Of a DNA stretch of 64,000 nt, positions 49,575 through 63,136 are shown piece after piece; the first letter of the stretch is position 1, and the number at the start of each line of letters is the position of its first letter. Where the stretch lies: NCBI GenBank assembly GCA_051313645.2, contig JBNRSN020000002.1, positions 232,314,001 through 232,378,000 on the forward strand, in the 5' to 3' direction. Source of the DNA: Centroscyllium fabricii (lineage: Eukaryota). Under the pieces are notes generated by a model. It searched no databases and had not been told where the DNA came from. It saw nothing but the letters and a program-made list of their open reading frames with translations. A program made the position numbers and the translations under genes.

Positions 49575-52019
49575 ATCTTTTTGCACTGAAAGGCTTATGA
49601 AATAAAATTGTCAAAGATATGTGCCGATATATAAAAAAGCTTGAATATGTGCATATGCAGGCATTGTGTTAACAATGAAAGTTTAGAGTCAAGCATTGTG
49701 GTACAGCATATTGAAGTACCAATGCACAGCACGTGATAAAGTGATAGGATTATGCTTGCAATATGCACGCCAATGAACTGCCAATCTCAGCTGCATTGTT
49801 GCGGGAGAGCAGCAGGTGAAGGTTAGGTTGTTCCTTACATTGGCGGAGGGAGATGAATCAACATCTCTGGTGGCACATTCCAGCATTATTGGAGGGCTAA
49901 GAACAGATTGGCTGTTGTTGGTACATGGCCTGAAGAGAACAGGAAATGCTAAAGATGGAATAAAATAACTTGAAAATGAAGGGCTTGCACCTTCACAAAA
50001 GAAAATTGTCTTATTTTATCAATGCAGTATTTATTCAAAGAAATCTACATTGTGCCTGTATTTAAAGTACCTGTATATGGTGAATATTTCACATTTTATT
50101 TGGTCGCACATTAGTTAACATAGTTCAATATGTAGTAAACATTTTAGGGGCTATAATCTTGATTGGTATTTTTGCTCACGTCAAGTGATGCATTAGCTAA
50201 TCAATAAATAGCATATTCAGATTGCTGACTGGGCTGAACTAATATATTGTCATTCAATATTACTAACTTCTTCACTGCCTGATGATAGATTAGATTTATT
50301 TCAATTACTAAATGGAACATCACAAAATATGAATGAAAAACATAGGGGTAAATGATTTTATGAGACCCATTTTTCATATCCACTAATGACTAAGTAGGAT
50401 AATTTATAAGGATATAGTAAACTTTATAAATACATTTTAAGTTGTAAAGTACTAGAAAATATACAATGTCTATTCAATTTAAAAACTTAATAAATGTACA
50501 GATTATACCTAATTTATTTTATAATACTGAATACTTGACAAGAAAATTTATTTTGCTGCTACAATATCTATTTTGGGCACCATTTATGTCCAATGTCTAC
50601 GGTCACCTTCATCCTTTTTCCCTATAATCTGCCTCATTAATCATTCATTCATGATGGATGTTGCCCACCAGATCATGGTCAAACTTTTCTTGTACACTAT
50701 ACAGTTATTCAATATTTTTCTGTCAGTTTGTTCTATATTTCTCTGTATGCACATTAGTGTAAACAAATCAATAGAAGTACACAAAGATTGAAAGAGGTCA
50801 GATATTTTGGCCTAGAAAGTATAGGGAAACAGGCATGTGCACTGTGATGCAAGATCTGCATGTGCCCATTCAAAATGTGCAAGCAGCACGTCAACTTTGT
50901 GCTGCCTGCTAAGTACCATGATTGTAGCACACAGCTGAGTGCAGAACATGCTGTTGACAGGCTGTGTGCTCAGTAGGGGGCTGCAGTTCCTGTTGCTGGA
51001 GCAAGGTTAATTTTACTTAAAACTAGCCTGCTCCTCTACAAGGCAGTCTGCAGCTCTTAAAGCTGAGCTGCAATCTGTAAATAAAAAAATTAAAATTGCT
51101 TCAGCACTAGGCAGTCTGCACCTCCTTAAAGGTGAGCTGTCAACTACTGATCAAAATTGGTTAAAGTGCTTCAGCACTAACACAAATGGCTCAACAGACC
51201 AGGGAAAGGGCAACTAAGGTCTCAGACGAGACACTTGAACTTTGTGCAGGGGGTTATCATTGGAAGAGAGGTCCTCTATGCACAGGGGGCCAGGCAATCC
51301 TTCAGAAAGAAGGATTTGGGACCAGAGCGCCGAGGTAGTAACTGCCAGCAGTGTCACCACCAGGACCTGGGTCCAGTGCCCAAAGAAGTTTCATGACCTC
51401 AGAAGAGTGGTCAAGGTCAGTGAATGCGTCTTCAAAAGCCATCTCCTACCAACTGCACCACTCTCCTCACAATCTGCTCAATGCATGACCTCCCCCACCC
51501 CATCACTCACCTAGCAACAATCTGTACAAAACACAAGACACACCTCACATTCCTAGCTTCTTCTTATTACCTGGAGGAGACGGTGCAGGCCATTATTGGT
51601 AAGGGCATGGCTGAGCCCTTGGCCAGTGGAGGGGCTTAAAGAATACAAGATATTGGTATCCTCATACGTTATCCACCTTCTCACATCCCACTTTTCCCTC
51701 ATCCTACAATCTCTTGTGATTTACAAGCTGCACATGGTGTAATAAGCATGCACCTCTTGCTTTCCCCACCTCCCCTCACCACAACCCTATCCTTGTGCCT
51801 TCCTCATTACAGATACCCAAGAAATCCAACCTGCCCAGCCAGTGGTTGACAAAGGAGAAGGAGAGGAGAGTGAAGAAGAAGATATACTCACAGCCATCAG
51901 CTCCTCAAGGTCATCCTGCAGTGTTCTCAACTGAAAGTCAGCAGCCTTCCACTAGCCATTCTGCAACCATGGGGTGGCACTGTGTAAGAGCTCTACGATA
52001 GGCAAAAGCATACGCAAGA

Positions 52020-52404
52020 CATAGAATCATAGAAACATAGAAGATAGGAGCAGGAGTAGGCCATTTGGCCCTTCAATGAGATCATGGCTGATCATCCAAA
52101 CCCAGTCCTGCCCCCTCGCCACATCCCTCGATCCCTATCGAGCCTGCACCGACACATATCCCACCCTATCCCCGTAACCACATGCATTCAATCCCCCTAA
52201 CACTAAGGGTCAATTTATCCTGGCCAATCAACCTAATCCGCACATCTTTGGACTGTGGGAGGAAACCGGAGCACCCGGAGGAAACCCATGCAGACACGGG
52301 GAGAATGTGCAAACTCCAAACAGATAGTACCCGAGGCTGGATTTGAACCCGGGTCTCTAGTGCTGTGAGGCAACAGTGCTAACCACTATGCCACCGTGCC
52401 ACCC
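52020..52404 (-). mobile_element. HE1-like V-SINE, near full length
   Basis: Reverse complement of 3640-4050 with small deletions. Confidence 0.92.
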
Positions 52405-52464
52405 TTCACTAAGACATTCACTAAGGAAATGCACCAGAGTGATTAGTTGATTTTTAAAATGTGT

Positions 52465-53550
52465 TTATGGGATGTGGGCATCGTTGGCAAGGCCAGCATT
52501 TATTGCCCATCCCCAGTTGCCCTTGAGAAGGTAGTGATGAGCCTTCTTGAACTGCTGCAGTCCGTGTGGTGAAGGTACTCCCACAGTGCTGTTAGGTAGG
52601 GAGTTCCAGTATTTGGACCCAGTTACAATGAAAGATTGGTGATATACTTCCAAGTCAGCATGGTGTGTGACTTGGTGGGGAACTTGGAAGTGGTGATGTT
52701 CCCATGCACCTGCTGCCCTTGTCCTTCCAGGTGGAAGAAGTTGCAGGTTTGGAAGATGCTGCTGAAGAAGCCTTGGCGAGTTGTTGCAGTGCATCTTGTA
52801 GATGGTACACACTGCAGCCACAGTGCGCTGGTGGTGGAGTGAGTGAATGTTTAAGGTGGTGGATGGGGTGCCAATTAAGCGGACTGCTTAGTCTTGGATG
52901 GTGTCGAGCTTTGAGTGTTGTTGGAGCTGCACTCTTCCAGGAAAGTGGAGAGTATTCCATCACACTCCTTACTTGTGCCTTGTAGATGGTAGAAAGACTT
53001 TGGGGAGTCAGGAGGTGAGACACTCACCGCAGAATACCAAGCCTCTGGCCTGCTCTTGTTGCCACAGTATTTATGTGGCTGCTCCATTTAAGTTTCTGGT
53101 CAATGGATGTTAATGGTGGGGGATTTGGTGATGGCAATGCCATTGAATGTCAACGGGCGGTGGTTAGACTCTCGCTTGTTGGAGATAGTCATTGCCTGGC
53201 ACTTCTGTGACGTGATTGTTACCTGCCACTTATCAGCCCAAGCCTGAATATCGTCCAGTTCTTGTTGCATGGACTGCTTCATTTTCTGAGGAGTTGTGAA
53301 TGGCACTGAACACTGTGCAGTCATCAGCGAACATCCCCATTTCAGACCTTATGTTGGAGGGAAGGTCATTGATGAAGCAGCTGAAGATGGTTGGGCCTTG
53401 GACACTGCCCTGAGGAACTCCTGCAGTGATGTCCTGGGGCTGTGATAATTGACCTTCCATCACCACAACCATCTTCCTTTGTACTCGGTATGACTCCAGC
53501 CAATGTAGAGCTTTTCCCCCCGATTCCCATTGACTTCAGTTTTACTAGGT
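52465..53550 (-). mobile_element. CR1-group LINE 3' fragment
   Basis: GVPQGSVQGP, MFADD, IYKAQVRSVMEYS, WNSLP motifs. Confidence 0.85.
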
Positions 53551-54619
53551 GTGATATTGGATGCTTATATGGATAAAGTTGGATTGGAAAGTTTGCTTTG
53601 TGGTGGCTTTTATTACAACATTGTGGCCAAGAGGATGCTGTGATGGTCAGTAACAGAGGGACGATAAGGTGTGGGACTAATATTGAAAGGGGAATTGGAG
53701 TTGCGTTCACTGGTGCCGCAGGCAGATGATTCAATCTGGGATATTCTCTCCAGAAAGGGACTGTCTGGGTTGCCTCCTTTCTTCTATTTCCTCCTCTTCT
53801 GATTCCTCACCCTCCCTGCGAGCAGCTTGTCCCATTTGCTGCCTCTGCACCCTCTCAATGTCATGCTGCAGCCCAAGGAGGACTGCAACTAGAACCCCCA
53901 GGACTGGGAGCAAGTGGTGGTCTCAGAGGCTTTCCTTTAAGAGCCAAAGCCTTGTAAATGTCCAGCAGCACTCACTGTACTTCCTGCACACTTTAACAAC
54001 TTTTTTAATGTATTGCACCAACCCACTACTCCAATAAAATGTAAAGAAACCAGTCCAAAAGCAAAATCTAAACTTACCTGAAAGTTGTGTTTGTCTTTTT
54101 TAGAAGTGCTGGCAGTGGTTCTGTCGCACTGCTGCATGCTCGTTCGTCTATGCGTGGTTTGGAGAGGGCGTTATTAAGAGCAGTGATGTCCAAAATCACA
54201 GATTGTGTGTCAATTCAGGTGTTGCATGCTGATTGACACTGTGATCTGGGACATTTAAATATGAGAAACGAGTGCAGGCAATGGTAGCGCTACCGACCTG
54301 CCCAAAATGACCACCGCCGTGTTCTGTGCCAGAAGCGATGAAAGTGAGATGGCTGCCATTTTTTTCTTCCAAACCAGCCTTAACAGCTGGAGCTAGAGGC
54401 TCCAATTATCCAGACTTTAACTTTCTAATCCTTTGAGGTGCACTGCATTTAGCTAACAGTTTCAAACCTAAACACCTGTCACATGTAAACATTTATCAGT
54501 TCTCAATTTGATCAATAATAATCAGTTATCTATGTGGTCAGAATGCAGCTTCAATATTTATACTCCAGGAGATTAGCAGATTTCGCAGAATTCGAGTTAA
54601 GTCTGCATGCAGAAACAAT

Positions 54620-56360
54620 GGCCTAGAATTTGCTCGAAATGACTTATACCATTGTTGCTCCTTTCAAAATCTATTGCACCCACCGGTGGCCTCTATAGGG
54701 AATTACACACGCATTTCCTCGGTCTGCTCATTTGCATCCACATTGGTGCAGTCATCGGTGTAAAACCAGTGTAAGCTAAAGTACCTGGAAATCTTTGTGC
54801 AGATTTTAAACAGAGTTCATCTTGCACTCTTCAGCAGCAGACTGGGGGACAAATAGATAAGGGGGCAACAGTGCTTGATTATTTGACCTCACCCTCAAAT
54901 AATTTCATTGCATTTCTTAGCAATGTTGTTATGCAGACACCACCTGACCCCAGAGGACATCAGGCATGGCACCAAGCCAGAGAAGAAGAATGCACAACTT
55001 CACTTACTCTGACCTCAAATGCACCTGCAGGGCACCAAAGCCAGGATGAACAGATTCTTAGTGTGGCTGCCACCAAGACACCCAGAATAATCAGATATGC
55101 CACCTGGATGGAGGTGGCACTGGCACTTACAGCCTATTCCCTCACCTCCAACATCCCCATATCCCACATTTCTTATTTTAGCTCTCCTATGCCACACTCA
55201 TCATGTTAGCTTTACCCTCATTCAACCTCACTTCTTGCAAGACAAATTGGCACACAATGCCTGCTACAGCCAGGCCACCAGAGGGGCATCCCCAACTTTA
55301 AACTTATCACTGTAACGGTGGGGTGTGGGGCCCAAATGCAAGACACTGATAAAACTGTCTAGGTCCTTAAATTCCTTTATATACAAAAACTGCTGTAATA
55401 ACAAACATACATGCATACATTCATAAAGTTACAATACATAATTAAATGGTATACAATTAGTTAGATACAGAAAACAAGTTCCTTCCCGAACTGGTACAAA
55501 ACTTCGACAGGTTGTGGTTAGCAAAATCCAGGCTGTTGAATTAGGAATACTCCCGAGTCCGCCCTACAGCAGGGACTCACTCCAACGGAGTCTTCAGAGG
55601 AAGAATCCATCTTTACAAACAAGGAAACTCCCCACATACTCTACTGAAATGTCCAAACCTTAGTTCGGGTGATAACGACCAATGTCCAGGAAGTAGAACC
55701 AGGATTTCTTCAAAGTCCGCTCCACCGCAGGGACTCAACCCAACGGAGTTCACAGAACGAGAATACTTGATCTACTTAGCAGGGGAACGCCCTTACTTAA
55801 CTAATGGAATGTCCAAACCTGAGCCCAGGTGGCAGAGTGCAATGTCCAGAATGTAGACAACCGTAGTTCTCCGAAGTCCGCTCCACAGCTAAGACTCACT
55901 CTACCCGAGTTTCCAGAAGAGAATACATCATCTACAAGGCAGGGGAACGCCCAAACCCATTGCCTCTCTAGGAGCTCAGACAGCAACCACTCCTTCCAGT
56001 AGTTCGTAGTAATGAGTAGTAAGTAGAATGATCCGGCACCTGCTTGGTCAAAGCACCCAGCTTATAAGCCAAATAGGCAAACCAGATTATTTAGTGCTAG
56101 CCAATAAGCTGCAGGTATTGAGAACCAGGAACACACAGGTATGTGAAACAGTTAATTGAGATACCATGAACCAAAACAGAGAAACAAAACCTAGAATTCC
56201 AAAATGGATTCCTTAAAGGGGAATGCCATCTGTGACAATCACCACAGGTTACAAACAGAGCATCTACCCTGTCGCCCTGGCATCCCTGTGAAATACATCT
56301 ATTTCTCTGTCTCCTTAATCCCAGGGGTTGATGCTCACCCATTCTTAGCTTCTACCATCC
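54620..56360 (+). mobile_element. Old Harbinger Myb-type remnant interrupted by a solo LTR
   Basis: GGCCTAGAATTTGC terminus; WMEVA and DKLAHN...ATRG resemble Myb exons 1 and 2. Confidence 0.45.
55311..56237 (-). mobile_element. Long solo LTR with a ~160-bp degenerate tandem array
   Basis: TGTAACGG...TGTGACA; TSD ATCAC at 55306-55310 and 56238-56242. Confidence 0.88.
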
Positions 56361-58992
56361 TTTCAACAACAACTTGTATTTATATAGCACCTTTAACGTA
56401 GAAAATGTCCAAAGGCACTCACAGAAGTGCTGTCAAACAATATTTGATACCGAGTCACATAAGGAGTATTAGGGCAGATGACCAAAATCTTGATCAAAGA
56501 GGTAGATTTTAAGGAGGCTCTTAAGGAGGAAAGAGAAGTAGAGAGGCAGAGAGGTTTAGGAAGGGAATTCCAGAGCTGAGGGCCTAGGCAACAGAAGACA
56601 CAGCCACCAATGGTTAAGTGATTAAAATCGGGGATGCTCAAGACGTCAGAATCAGAGGAGAGCAGTTATCTCGGGGTGTTGGGGGCTGGAGGAGATTATA
56701 GAGATTGGGAGGGATTTGAAAATAAGGATGAGAATTTTAAAATCGAGGCATTGCTTAACTGAGAGCCAGTGTAGGTCAGCAAGAACAGGGGCGATGGGTG
56801 AATGTGACTTGGTCTGAGTTAGGACACAGGCAGCAGAATTTTGGATTACCTCAAGTTTACTTGGGGTAGAATGTGAGAGGCTGGCCAGGAGGGCATAGGA
56901 ATAGTCAGTCCAGATGTAACAAAGGCACGGATGAGGGTTTCAGCAGCAGATGAGCTGAGGCAGGGGCAGAGTCTTAGTGATGCTGCGGATATTTGGTCAG
57001 AAGCTCATTTTTTGGTCCAATATGACACCATGGTTGCGAACATGTGGTAACTGACGCTGTGTTTTCAGATGATGTCACCCAGGGGTTGTATATAGATGGG
57101 AAATAAGATTGGGCCAATGGGAGACACCAGAGGCAACAATGCAGAAGTGGGAAGAGAAGCCATTGCAGATGATTCTCTGGCTATGAGTAGATAGATAAGA
57201 ATGGAACGAGGCGAGTACAGTCCCACCCAGCTGGACGATGCTGGAGAGGCGTTGGAGGGGGATGGTGTGGTCAACCATGTCAATGGCTGTAGACAGGTCG
57301 AGAAGGATGAAGAGGGATTGTTTACTACTGTCACAGTCACATAGGATGTCACTTGTCACTTTGATAAGAGCCATTTCCATACTCTAGTGGGACGGAAAAT
57401 TGATTGGAGAGATTCAAACGTGTAGTTTGGATAAAGATGGGCATGGATTTGGGAGGCAACAACCCATTCAAATACTTTGGAGAGGCAAGTGAGGTTGGAG
57501 CTGGGGCAGTAGTTTGCAAGGACAGAGTGGGTTAAGAGTTGATTTGTTGAGAAGAGGGGTGATGACGGCAGATTTGAAGGAGAGGGGAACAGTACCTGAG
57601 GAGAGAGAACCATTAACAATATCAGCTAACATAGGAGCCAGAAAAGGAAGTTGGATGGTCAGCATTTTAGTGAGAATAGGGTTGAGAGAGCAGGAAGTGG
57701 GTCTCATGGACAAGATGGGCTCAGAGAGGGCATGAGGGGAGATTATGGAGAAAATGGAGAAAGATGCGAGTTCAAGGCTAGGACAGGTGGGAACCTTTGA
57801 GGAAGTTTGGCCCAGAGTGCTATGGGAAGGGAGGGAAATGCTAGACCCAGCTGTTTGGATAAATCTTAGTGACAAAGAATTCCTTGAACTCCTTGTACTT
57901 GTTGTTGTAGGTGAGTTGGAGAAGACAGGGCAGACGGGTTTAAGAAGATGGTTTGCAGTAGAGAAAAGAAGACAGGGATTACCTTTGCATTCCAAAATGA
58001 TCCTGAAATAGTGAACAGTTTTGACAGATGCTAGCAGGACCCGATAGTGCTTTATGTAGTCCAGCCATATCTGGCGGTGAATGGCTAAACCTGTTGTCCA
58101 CCATATCCATTCATGTCTGCATCCCTTGGACTTCAGGGAGTAGAGATGAGGGCAATACCGGGGTAACAGCCAGGGTGAGAGAGAGTAATGGTTTTAATGG
58201 GGACTAGGGCATCAAAGATGGTGGTGAGGGTAAGGTTGAGCAGGTCAGTAGCTGCAGAAATGTCGTTATAAATGGAAGTCAAAGTCTAGACAGCTGGGAT
58301 TTTGAAAGTACAGTTGTAAATAAATTGTAAGTGATTTTTTTCCAAGGGCAGACACAGAAGAAAGTAAGGTTGGGAGGGGGGAGGTGGATGTGAGTGGTGT
58401 GCGATACAAGGAAGTGGTCAGAGATGGCCTTATTTGTGATTGATATGATGGGAGTAGCGAGGTCATGTGAGATGGCAAGTTGAAAGGGTTGTCTGAGAAT
58501 GTGAGTTGGGGAGTTTACATGGAGGGAGAGATTAAGGGAGGATAGGAGGGCAGTGTTCTCAGAGGAGAGAGAGCGTGATGAATTGAGATAGAGGTGGAAA
58601 TCACTGAGGAGAAGTCGTCTGGTGCAGAGCCTGAGGGAGGAAAGCTGTGAAGATTTCTCGGTGAGAGAATTTTTCTGGTACTTGGGTGGGCGGTAGTAAA
58701 CAGGGATTTTAAATGAGAGGTGTGAAGAGTGGAAGAAGGTGAGATGCTCAAAGGAGGAGGAAGTGCCAGAGGAGTAGAGGGACAGACCAAGGTGCGATTT
58801 TGTGATAATAGCCACTCCGCCACCACAGCAGTTTCAGTGAAGCAAGTGATGGTTGGTATAGCCAGGCGGGGAGGCTTCATTTAGGGAGAAGGCGTCATCA
58901 CCCTTCAGCTAGGTTTCCGTCATTCCCATGATGTCGATGCTATCAACCACAATAAGTTCATGGTTTGTTCACAAGTGAACCGACATTCTGGA

Positions 58993-59823
58993 GGAAACAT
59001 GGAAACATAGAAACATAGAAGATAGGAGCAGGAGTAGGCCATTCGGCCCTTCGAGCCTGCTTCGCCATTCAATTAGATCATGACTGATCTTTCAGATTTA
59101 GTACCCTGTACCTGAATTCTCCCCATATCCCTTGATCCCTTCAGCCTGAAGAAATATATCCAACTCCTTCTTGAATATATTCAATGAACCGGCCTCCACC
59201 GCCCTCTGTGGCAGAGAATTCCACAGGTTCACCACTCTCTGGGTGAAGAAATTCCCCCTCGTCTCAGTCCTAAATGGCTTTCCCTTATCCTTGGACTGTG
59301 AACCCTGATTCTGGATTCTCCCACCATCGGGAACATCCTTCCTGCATCCAGTCTGTCCAGGCCTGACAGAATTTTATAGGTTTCTATGAGATCCCCTCTC
59401 AATCGTCTGAACTCCAGTGAGTATAAGCCCAATCAACTTAATCTCTCCCCATACGTCATTCCTGCCATCCCAGGAATCAGCCTGGTGAATCTTCGCTGCA
59501 CTCCTTCAATCGCAAGAACATCCCTCCTCAGATGAGATGACCAAAACTGCACACAATACTCGAGGTGTGGTCTCACCAAGGTCCTGTACAGCTGCAGCAT
59601 GACATCCTTGTTCTTATATTCGAACCCTCTTGCTACGAAAGCCTTCTTAACCGCCTGTTGCACCTGCATGCTTACCTTCAGTGACTGGTGCACAAGAACA
59701 CCCAGGTCTCTTTGCACGTCCCCATCTCCCAATCTATTGCCATTAAAATAATAATCTGCCCTCCTGTTTTTGCCACCAAAGTGGATAACCTCACATTTAT
59801 CAACATTATAGTGCATTTGCCAT
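58993..59823 (-). mobile_element. CR1 (HER1-like) LINE 3' fragment
   Basis: LVRPHLEYCVQFW; tail matches the SINE tail (gggccgaatggcctactcctgctcctatcttctatg). Confidence 0.92.
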
Positions 59824-59918
59824 GAATCATAGAAGAATCATAGAATCCCTACAGTGCAGATAGAGGCCATTTCGGCCCATCGAGCCTACACCGACACATA
59901 TCCCACCCTATCCCCGTA
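59824..59918 (-). mobile_element. V-SINE 3' fragment with an alternative short tail
   Basis: SINE body tacggggatagggtgggatatgtgtcggtg joined to gggccgaaatggcctctatctgcactgtag..(attctatg). Confidence 0.75.
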
Positions 59919-60906
59919 TCTAGGAAGATGCGGACAGGGTCGGTGATAGCTGATCTGCTGCCAGAGTCCACTGGGTCAGCACTGGAAGGGGTGTGTTGGA
60001 TGGAGAGGAGATTGGGAAGATTAGGCCCCAGCAGGTGCATTGGCCGGGAAAGTTGTTGAGAGAGTGGGATGGGCCAGTTGGGGTTGCTGCTTGTAAGGAG
60101 GGAGGGATGAGTGCCTCGATGGTCCCTTCGAAGGGTGCCAAGAAAGGCACAGAGGGAAGCTGTAGGCGTATCTAAGAGGGAGTCAAGCCTGTAATGGCAA
60201 TAGAAGAGTAGGGAGGTCGAGGATTACTGAAGGGTTGGGGTAGGGAGTTGGGAGGGCAGAGTACCCGAGAGGGGAGAAATGAAAGGAGGCATGATGATAG
60301 GAGAGAGAAGTCCAGGTGGGGTAGCGAGAAAAGAAAAAGGGGGAGAAAAACGCGACAGGCTCCAGTCAGGAGTGTTAGCCAATATGCGCATGCGAATGGA
60401 CACAGGAAAATCTCAGGTTACATAATCTGGTTAGATAGAGATTATTAGGATATATATATCGTGGTAGTAAAAGGCAATAGATAGGGGACAGTCGGAGGGA
60501 GTCCAGAGTTCCCATGATGCGAAAAAGTTGAAGTAGGTAGGGTAGAGTCAGCATGGAGCATCGACGAACTGTTGTCCAGGTTCGGAGACAGGTGTAGCAA
60601 GTGAGTGAAAAACTAGCAGAACTAGTCGGCCAGTCACAGGCTCAGTAGGGATCAACAGCGGTGGGGGAATGGCTGAAAGCTGATCAAAGATACTTTAAAA
60701 TGTAAGCAACTGAGCAGCAGATCAAAAACACAGCAGATGAGTCTTACAGTGTAGTCCACTGTACTCCAGTGCAGAAGCATATTCTTGCTGGCCAGAGAAG
60801 TCCAGGAATTTTGAAGCCAAATTTGAGAATGCATTCAGGAGCTCATTGAGAAAAGCAGTCATGTTTGGACGATGGGCAATGGCAGTTTAAAATAAGAAAG
60901 AAAGTT

Positions 60907-61735
60907 ATAGAATCATAGAAACATAGAATGGTTACAGCACGGAAGAAGGCTATTTGCCCCATCGAGCCTGTGCTGGTTATCTGTAGGAACATTTCAGCTA
61001 GTCCCACTCCTCCACCCTTTTCCCATAGCCCTGCAAATGTCCTTCCTTCAGATAATTATCCAACTCCTTTTTGAAAGCCGTGATTGAATCTGCCTCCACC
61101 ACCCATTCAGGCAGTGCATTCCATATCTTAACCACTTGCTGATTTTAAAAGTTTTTCCTTACGTTGCCTTTGGTTCTTTTGCCAATCCCTTTAAATCTGT
61201 GCCCTCTGGTTCTCGACCCTTCTGCCAATGGGAACAGTTTCTCTCTATCTACTCTGTCCAGACTCCTCATGATTTTGAACACCTCTATCAAATCTCCTCT
61301 CAACCTTCTCTGCTCTAAGGAGAACAACTCCAGCTCCTCCAGTCTATCCATGTAACTGAAGTCCCTCATTCCTGGAATTATTCTCGTAAATCTTTTCTGT
61401 ACCCTCTCTAAGGCCTTCACATCCTTCCTAAAGTGAGGTGCCCAGAATTGGACACAGTATTCCAAAGTTTTATAAAGGTTCATCATAATTTCCACACTTT
61501 TGTACTCTATACCTCTATTTATGAAGCCCAGGATCATGTATGCCTTTTTAACTGCTTTCGCAACCTGTCCTGCCACCTTCAACTATTTAGCACACATAAA
61601 CCCAGGTCTCTGTTTGTGCACCCATTTCAGGATTGTACCATTTAGTTTATATGTCCTCTCCTCATTCTTTCTGCCAAAATGTATCACTTCACACTTTTCT
61701 GTGTTAAATTTCATCTGCCATATGTCCACCCATTG
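60907..61735 (-). mobile_element. CR1 LINE 3' fragment
   Basis: EYCVQFWAPH, RRLRGDLIEVFKI, RTRGH; (TTCTATGA/TTTCTATG) tail. Confidence 0.92.
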
Positions 61736-62258
61736 CTTTACAATGGGAATTAGTAAAAAATTCTAAAACAATGACATATTGAAGCAAATTGGTGCTTCTG
61801 AAAGGTCTATGATTTGCAAAGAACACAATGAGAATGTCCTGTTTAAAGTGTTAAGAGCTAACACATTGGAACAGAAACACAAACATTAAAAGAGGCATGT
61901 GCCTTTGAAAGCATGACATCAAGTAAAGAAACACCTGCTGGTCAAATAGTTTTTATGTTAAACTTGGAAGAAAGATAGCATAAGATTAAATATGCAACCA
62001 ATTGAGATAGCTAGAAATGCATGAAATATCCAATTGAAGTGTCTTTAATTTATAGACATAGTAAATATGATACCAACAAGGACACTTTGAAGATATGACT
62101 TCAATAGATATACCAAGCAATTGCATTGTGTTTGTATTGAACTTGGAGCAGTAAGGAGAGTCACAATGTCTGCTAAAAACCAGTAAAGCCAATAGTAAGA
62201 ATTGAATGGAGAATCTTCGATAAGAATGGCATCACACAGAAACCATTGCTGTCGATGT

Positions 62259-63136
62259 TTTTATGATGGTTTTTGGAACACCGAAAGGTAGAGAAATAAT
62301 TATGCATGCAATAGTTGAATTAATAGTAAGATCCATGGGGGAGGGGAACCTCATGGCTGCGCAGCTGAGCTGGGCCATGGAGAAGATTTTGTCTGCTGCG
62401 GCTGTGAGCTTGACGCAGTTCGTGATTGGGGAACCGGCGAGGGCAACTTGAACTTATTGAGAAAGCTGGGCCAAGAATAAAGCACGGAAAAGAAAATCTT
62501 GTGGCTCGGACCCCAGAAGAATGAGCATTCGGCTCATTAACTGGGTCGGGGTGGAGTCTCCAAGGCCTGGTAGTGAGAGAAGCCTGCGTGCTCTCTCCTC
62601 CTTGGATAAACTGAAAACCTGCAGGAGTCTGTCCTTCACTGCCTCATACTTGCCAGCTTCTGGAGAGTTCCCCAGAAGCCCGATGACTTCCGCAGCGATG
62701 GATCTCTCGAGGGCCGACACAACATGGAGGTATTTTTCTTCATCGTCCTCAACCTTCCGCAGGGAGAACTGTGCTTCTGCATGTGCAAACCATGCGGGCG
62801 CTTGTTTCTCCCAAAAAGAAGGGAGTTTTAAGGCCACAGCGCCGGTAGCCATTATGCTGTGTGGGTCAGCAAAAACGTTTAATGACTAGGGGTCACCAAT
62901 GTAGGAGACTTCATTCTCTAATCAAATAAATCAGCCAACTTGGAGGAGTAACTCCAATACTGGTCTTTACTGTTCAAACTCCAAAAACATTCTAAACAAC
63001 AAAAGCCCGCGGAACATGCGATGACGTCACCAACTGGTCACATAAGGTCTGTTTTCCCTCTCTCTTAAAGGGGAGGGGAAACCTGTAAGTTAAAGGGGAG
63101 TTTACATGCAATTATTATGTGCAGACATTTATTCCC
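62259..63136 (-). mobile_element. Truncated CsRn1-like Gypsy: 5' LTR, PBS and partial gag
   Basis: LTR from 62900; PBS TGGTGACCCC; gag LKLPSFWE..PAWF...LGDSTPT. Confidence 0.85.

Larger units (their letters stand above)
50809..54416. mobile_element. Degenerate Harbinger element (Myb remnant +, transposase N-terminal remnant -) with nested SINE and LINE
   Basis: GGCCTAGAAAG start; RTWVQCPKKFHDL at ~51360-51400; minus-strand remnant at ~53730-53915 resembles the H1 transposase start; ends approximate. Confidence 0.6.
56363..60660 (-). mobile_element. L2 LINE, degenerate and internally deleted, interrupted by CR1 and a SINE fragment
   Basis: APE (YYRPP, ISDHFLV) and RT (LLDLSTAIDMVDH) remnants; L2 3' end AAAGGTGCTATATAAATACAAGTTGTTGTT; 5' limit approximate. 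Confidence 0.8.

Noticed and set aside
50758-50796. 39-nt micro-exon CKQINRSTQRLKE
   Set aside because: Weak splice sites and too short to distinguish from chance.
55570-55600. Hammerhead-like CUGAAGA-CUCC/GGAG hairpin on the minus strand
   Set aside because: No GAAA follows the stem and the core is not kept in the other repeat units.
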